Shown here: positions 60,201 through 64,000 of the stretch, one piece after another | Layout of the letters: each line of letters starts with the position of its first letter | Position numbering within the stretch: the first letter of the stretch is position 1 | Source: Bispira polyomma | Taxonomy: Eukaryota | Reading direction: 5' to 3' | Length of the DNA: 64,000 bases | Assembly: GCA_965649765.1 (NCBI GenBank) | Contig: OZ287752.1 | Coordinates: forward strand, 49,290,001-49,354,000 | The notes under the pieces: generated by a model | What the model saw: the letters and a program-made list of their open reading frames with translations, nothing else | Told to the model about the DNA's origin: nothing | Database searches by the model: none | Position numbers and translations under genes: made by a program

Positions 60201-63200
60201 CCACAGAAACATTAGAAACAAACCATATTCCACAATCGTCTGTACTGGCACATAAAAAGCCTAAAGTTATGCTAGTATCTTTATTAAATTATGGTCAGCA
60301 GCCAAAATGATACTAAACCTGAGACATCAGTAGTGCCGTCTCATCCCTAGTACTGTAGTCATCACAATAAAATAGTTTTGAATGGAATTTTTTCTAGTTG
60401 TAAATGTATATCCCCTGAAAAAGAATTTTTACAACTATTATTTATTAAGAATCTAACATACTGACTGACTTGTATCCCTCTACTTTAGATACTAGAATTC
60501 ACACCCTTTCAAAGTTTCAAACATCTGTACATGTAATTCTATACTTAAAACTGCAGATTACACTGTTGATGTTTGTAGATAACAGTTGCTACATTCTGCA
60601 ACCGTGAAAGACCTACATGTATATTGTTCCCTTTAATATGTAATTTTATTAACTTGTTTACACCAAATTTTGAAAATAAATCATGTTAAATCAGAATATT
60701 TGATATTTCCAAACTGATATTGAAGCAAAATCTCTATTATCCAAACTTTTTTTATATGAATATTCAATTTTATAAACATGTTTCTGCTCCCAAATTTATC
60801 CAAAATTTGTTTTATACTAAAATGCCTGTTCTATTTTATGAACATCCTATTATCCAAGCAAAAATTTGCTCCCTTAAAATGTTTAAAAAGGATAATCGAG
60901 AATATACTACATGATGAAACTCATGCACATATATTTACCTTCCCACTTCATCAGTGAGATCCATGACATGTGGGAACTTGAGGAGTTGCTGAAGAATGAA
61001 TTCATTACGCAGTTGGACATCAATGCTGTCCTCTCCCTTCACATGTGACAACACCCTGTCAAAATACAGCGAGATGAAAACACCATCCGCAAACAACCTT
61101 TGTGTCCGTGGTAGGGATGAAACAGCTGACGGTTAGTTCCCATGAATTATTCATAACGGCTCTGAATAAATGTCAAATATTTAAAAATGTAGTTTACCCT
61201 ACATTTGATTAATTATTGTCCTTGGACAAGCGAGAGTCGCAGGGAAATAGTGTGGCAAGGTGAACTGAAAGCTTGGTTCAATAAGAAAGATTGAAGTCTT
61301 TTCCGGTAAACTAAAGGAGACAATTAGAGGTACTAATAACTTTTGCAGGCTTCACAACACAAAGTCTCAATAACATAGGAAAATATACATGGCAATATCA
61401 TAAAATATAAGAGACGTATATATGAAATCTCAATGAAAATATAGAGAAACTATAGGAGTTTGGGTACTGACATAAAACCTTCCTACATTAAATCTTTACA
61501 AACGTTTACATCTACCTGTCTGAAAATTTATTCAAAAAGTTTAGGAGAACATAGGAGATATAGGGCATTTTAACAAAAAATATAGGAAACTATAAGAAGG
61601 TTTCGAAAAAATAAGAATGTTTTCATGTCTGCTTTTATCACACAAGGGCATCTCACTCATTCATAAAGCTGCTGTAGACAATTCCATTAGGGACGATCTT
61701 CTCTAGATGTTCCTCCGCCTCAGCCCCCTGAGACTGTATGTGCTGAGCCAGACATCTCCAGTACAGCACAGACTCACTGGTTAACTCTTCTATCTTTAGC
61801 ACATGCCTGCAAGACAACAACAACTACATTTATCAGCATGAACGAACACTAAACAAGTGTATACTAGACCTGTACACCCAGCTTAAACTCGTACTCAACT
61901 CCAAAACAGACCATGTGGAAATCCATGTACATGAAAATATCCTATACTTGTGACCATTCATTTTAAGAGAGCTTCCAACACGGAATTCAAATATGAAGTC
62001 AGATTTTAGATATCTTTGTTGTATCCAGAGTTACAGAGAATCTAGATTTGAGTTGAGTATGAGTTTGAGCTGAGTATACATTCGAGAATACCAGTCCTGA
62101 ACTGTACACTGTAGCAGTAACCACTGTAGCAGTAACCTTTGCCCATACTAAACAATTGTGTATTAATTGACATAATTTTATGCAGAACTGGCAGAGACTT
62201 ACCTCAAAATACTCTAATAGTTCTCAATGGAATGTTCATGTAATAGAAGAATTTTAGGATAAAGTAGGGATGGGACAGTAGCAAAATTCGCATCCGGGAT
62301 ATCATTTGTCAATAACCGCTCCCATTCCAGGATACCGCAAAAAAAAAACCCAACCCAAATACTGCAAATCAAACGCACCCCTCAAGAACAGAAAGTAGGC
62401 AAACTAATTCAAAACAACATGTCTGTTATGCCTAGAAATGATTAGGTAGTACTGACAGAGCCCTTGTATAAAATAATAGAAAAATGAATATTTGGGAGAG
62501 TTTTACTCTTCCTAAAATCAAATATTTGGATAATAGAAGTTATAGTATTTCCAAACTCCTATATAACACTAGCCAAAAGTGCATAAAATTGCTTTAAAGT
62601 TTCAGTAACTTTAGTCCTTACTCTTCATTCAAGATGTCAAAGTTAGCTATCAGCTCATGAACTGGTGTTTTCTGAAATATGGTCTTGAGGGTGACATCAG
62701 GTGTTTCAGCAGAGTTCTCCACATCGAGTGCCTTAAGTAACTCTAGGACATTGCCCTCAAAGAGACGAAGCCAGGCCTGGACCAGACGGGAGCCACAGGC
62801 ATCTTTTACCAGCTCTACAAATGTACACAGAATATTATATATAAGGCATATCTGATCAATTTTTAATACCATTAAACACATTTATTGAAAGAAAGGAATT
62901 CAAATTTAGTTTGTTCTACCTTGCTTTCAACAACGGGCATATTAGCGGTGGAGAAAACCATTGCTGATACACTGTAAACCGGTGGTTTACAGCAACTGTC
63001 AGCAGGTACCTTAGGATTGGTGGGAGGCCATTAATTGTCAAGCGAACGCTTCGAAATACTGGGTTTTAAAAGAACAAAGCTTTCAAACTGAATTTTAGTT
63101 ACAAACAGATGTAAAAGAGATAATAAATATATTTTGTGTTTTTATACTACAACAAAACTCTATTATATGCCCACCTGATCTGTCATAAAGTCCTTCATGT

Positions 63201-63835
63201 AATAATTTTACCCTCTGAGCAATAGTGAGGGCTTTGATATGAATCTTCTCTGCAATCACCTGCAAAGTTAATTACCACAACTATATTATACAAACATAAT
63301 GGCACAGGTATATATTAAATAAATAACTTTTATTAAACCATTCACCTGCTTGAAACTTGAATTATGCAAAACTTTTGTACTCATAGAGTAGCTATTGCTT
63401 AAAAAAAACATCACCTTTTTTAACATTAAAACATGAAGGCTGAGTAGATTATTATTTCATAACTATAAAGTTAATCTCTAAATATAATGTAATCGTCACA
63501 TGTATTGGACAATATTCAGACTTTTCTGGAAAATAGCCGTACAAAGTCCTTAGAACTTGTCCATAAAGCGCAACAAATGCCCCCCTGCCCCATAAATGTA
63601 CTTCACACACTTTTCCTATGCATTTTCTTTGACAAAAATAGAGTGTGAACATGTGCGACTCATGAGAAGACCAGTCTGCACTAGTTTACCTGATACGCCA
63701 GCCTTCTTACAAGGTCCTTCACATCTCTTGTCCGTTCAAGAAGTCCTGCTAAGGTTTTAGTGGTAGCTGCAATCACACTGACCACAGCACGGCGCACATC
63801 TGAGTTTGTGTCACAACCCATGAGAAACAAATACG
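48299..63835 (-). CDS. NCAPG: Condensin complex subunit 3 (CAP-G), 5'-partial, 19 coding exons in window
   Basis: Exons 63690-63835, 63175-63259, 62622-62814, 61657-61806, 60939-61055, 59973-60186, 59233-59409, 58574-58681, 58244-58363, 57725-57848, 56922-57082, 55388-55569, 54151-54319, 53342-53512, 52667-52879, 51848-51923, 51320-51431, 50469-50687, 48299-48347. All GT-AG with consistent phases. CAP-G-like peptides: DVRRAVVSVIAATTKTL..RTRDVKDLVRRLAYQ, EKIHIKALTIAQRV, AQGLAKLMLSGRV..LLSRLLLLWFNPLTEDD, TLFNAPATSPLAEV. The last four exons (disordered tail) are less certain. Confidence 0.92.
48723..48867. repeat. 75-bp tandem duplication (2 copies) in the last NCAPG intron
   Basis: gtattttgtatgaacagacaaaatggc...ggtcatca at 48723 and 48798. 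Confidence 0.8.
49681..50487 (-). repeat. 61-bp tandem array (about 13 copies, plus about 2 degenerate copies to about 49565) duplicating the donor of NCAPG exon 50469-50687
   Basis: Unit on - strand: GTGTACTAGAACCAGGAGCAAAGCCAA GTAAGTGCGGGTTACTATAGTTACAGAAAGTCAG; shifts one base per 60-nt line. Confidence 0.95.
52248..52497 (-). mobile_element. Diverged copy of the same SINE family, apparently nested in an older + strand SINE
   Basis: tatttaacgtccactctag...ggaaacactgcatacag...aaggaactaccacc...ttaaccactaagctaccgc; flanks (about 52190-52230 and 52500-52610) resemble the SINE at 55190-55340. Confidence 0.75.
55190..55340 (+). mobile_element. Degenerate tRNA-derived SINE of a second family
   Basis: Box A-like ggtggcttagtgg; 3' part (cctggccgtcgaaatatgacc..gttgaaag..cataaaacccaaata) shared with 52555-52610. 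Confidence 0.6.
55570..56493 (-). repeat. 66-bp tandem array (14 copies) duplicating the acceptor of NCAPG exon 55388-55569
   Basis: Unit on - strand: AGTTCTATGTCAGCTATTCCCTGTACTGGTTGTGTTTACACTAATTGTGTTGGTGTCTTTATACAG. Confidence 0.95.
58747..59178. repeat. Apparently perfect 216-bp tandem duplication in an NCAPG intron
   Basis: gcatcacattataaaagg...tggataatataa occurs at 58747 and again at 58963. Confidence 0.9.
59762..59987 (-). repeat. 26-bp tandem array (about 9 copies) duplicating the donor of NCAPG exon 59973-60186
   Basis: Unit on - strand: CAGATTGACCTCAAG GTAAGCATTAG; the first copy is the true exon end (QIDLK). Confidence 0.9.
61871..62080. mobile_element. Short MITE-like inverted-repeat element
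   Basis: tgtacacccagcttaaactcgtactcaactc is inverted relative to gagttgagtatgagtttgagctgagtataca. Confidence 0.6.
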
Positions 63836-64000
63836 CTAGAGACAAGAAAGTACACACGTTTGGTTACTCAAGAATAATATTTATTATTCAACTTAATATG
63901 CTTCGCCATTCGCAGCCTTACAAAAAATACCAATTTTAAATAAATATTCAAAAATATACATAAACAGTAAAACGCCAATGTTGGATTTACTTACTTTGTG

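Overview
AT-rich eukaryotic genomic DNA from an invertebrate animal, probably a lophotrochozoan or mollusc (taxon is inferred). Two spliced genes converge. On the + strand is a 6-coding-exon gene (16950-34390, about 2617 aa) for a mostly disordered nuclear protein with a DHDY HCF-binding motif, an AT-hook, a divergent Ski/Dachshund-like domain and a c-Ski SMAD4-binding-like zinc module. On the - strand are the last 19 coding exons of condensin I subunit NCAPG (63835-48299). Between their 3' ends lies a complete, apparently young DIRS1-type tyrosine-recombinase retrotransposon (about 39219-46225) with identical ITR cores, an ICR and three overlapping ORFs. Its RT motif reads YLED instead of YLDD, and its ORF1 begins with signal-peptide-like and transmembrane-like segments. 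Introns and intergenic DNA carry tRNA-derived SINEs, an L2-type LINE tail, a MULE-type MITE and a hAT-type non-autonomous element, several with visible TSDs. The most striking observation is three unrelated tandem arrays (61, 66 and 26 bp units) in NCAPG introns. Each sits exactly on an exon-intron junction and multiplies the splice site itself, and in each the potentially exonic portion is a multiple of 3 (27, 66, 15 nt). All coordinates were read by eye and may be off by a few bases.
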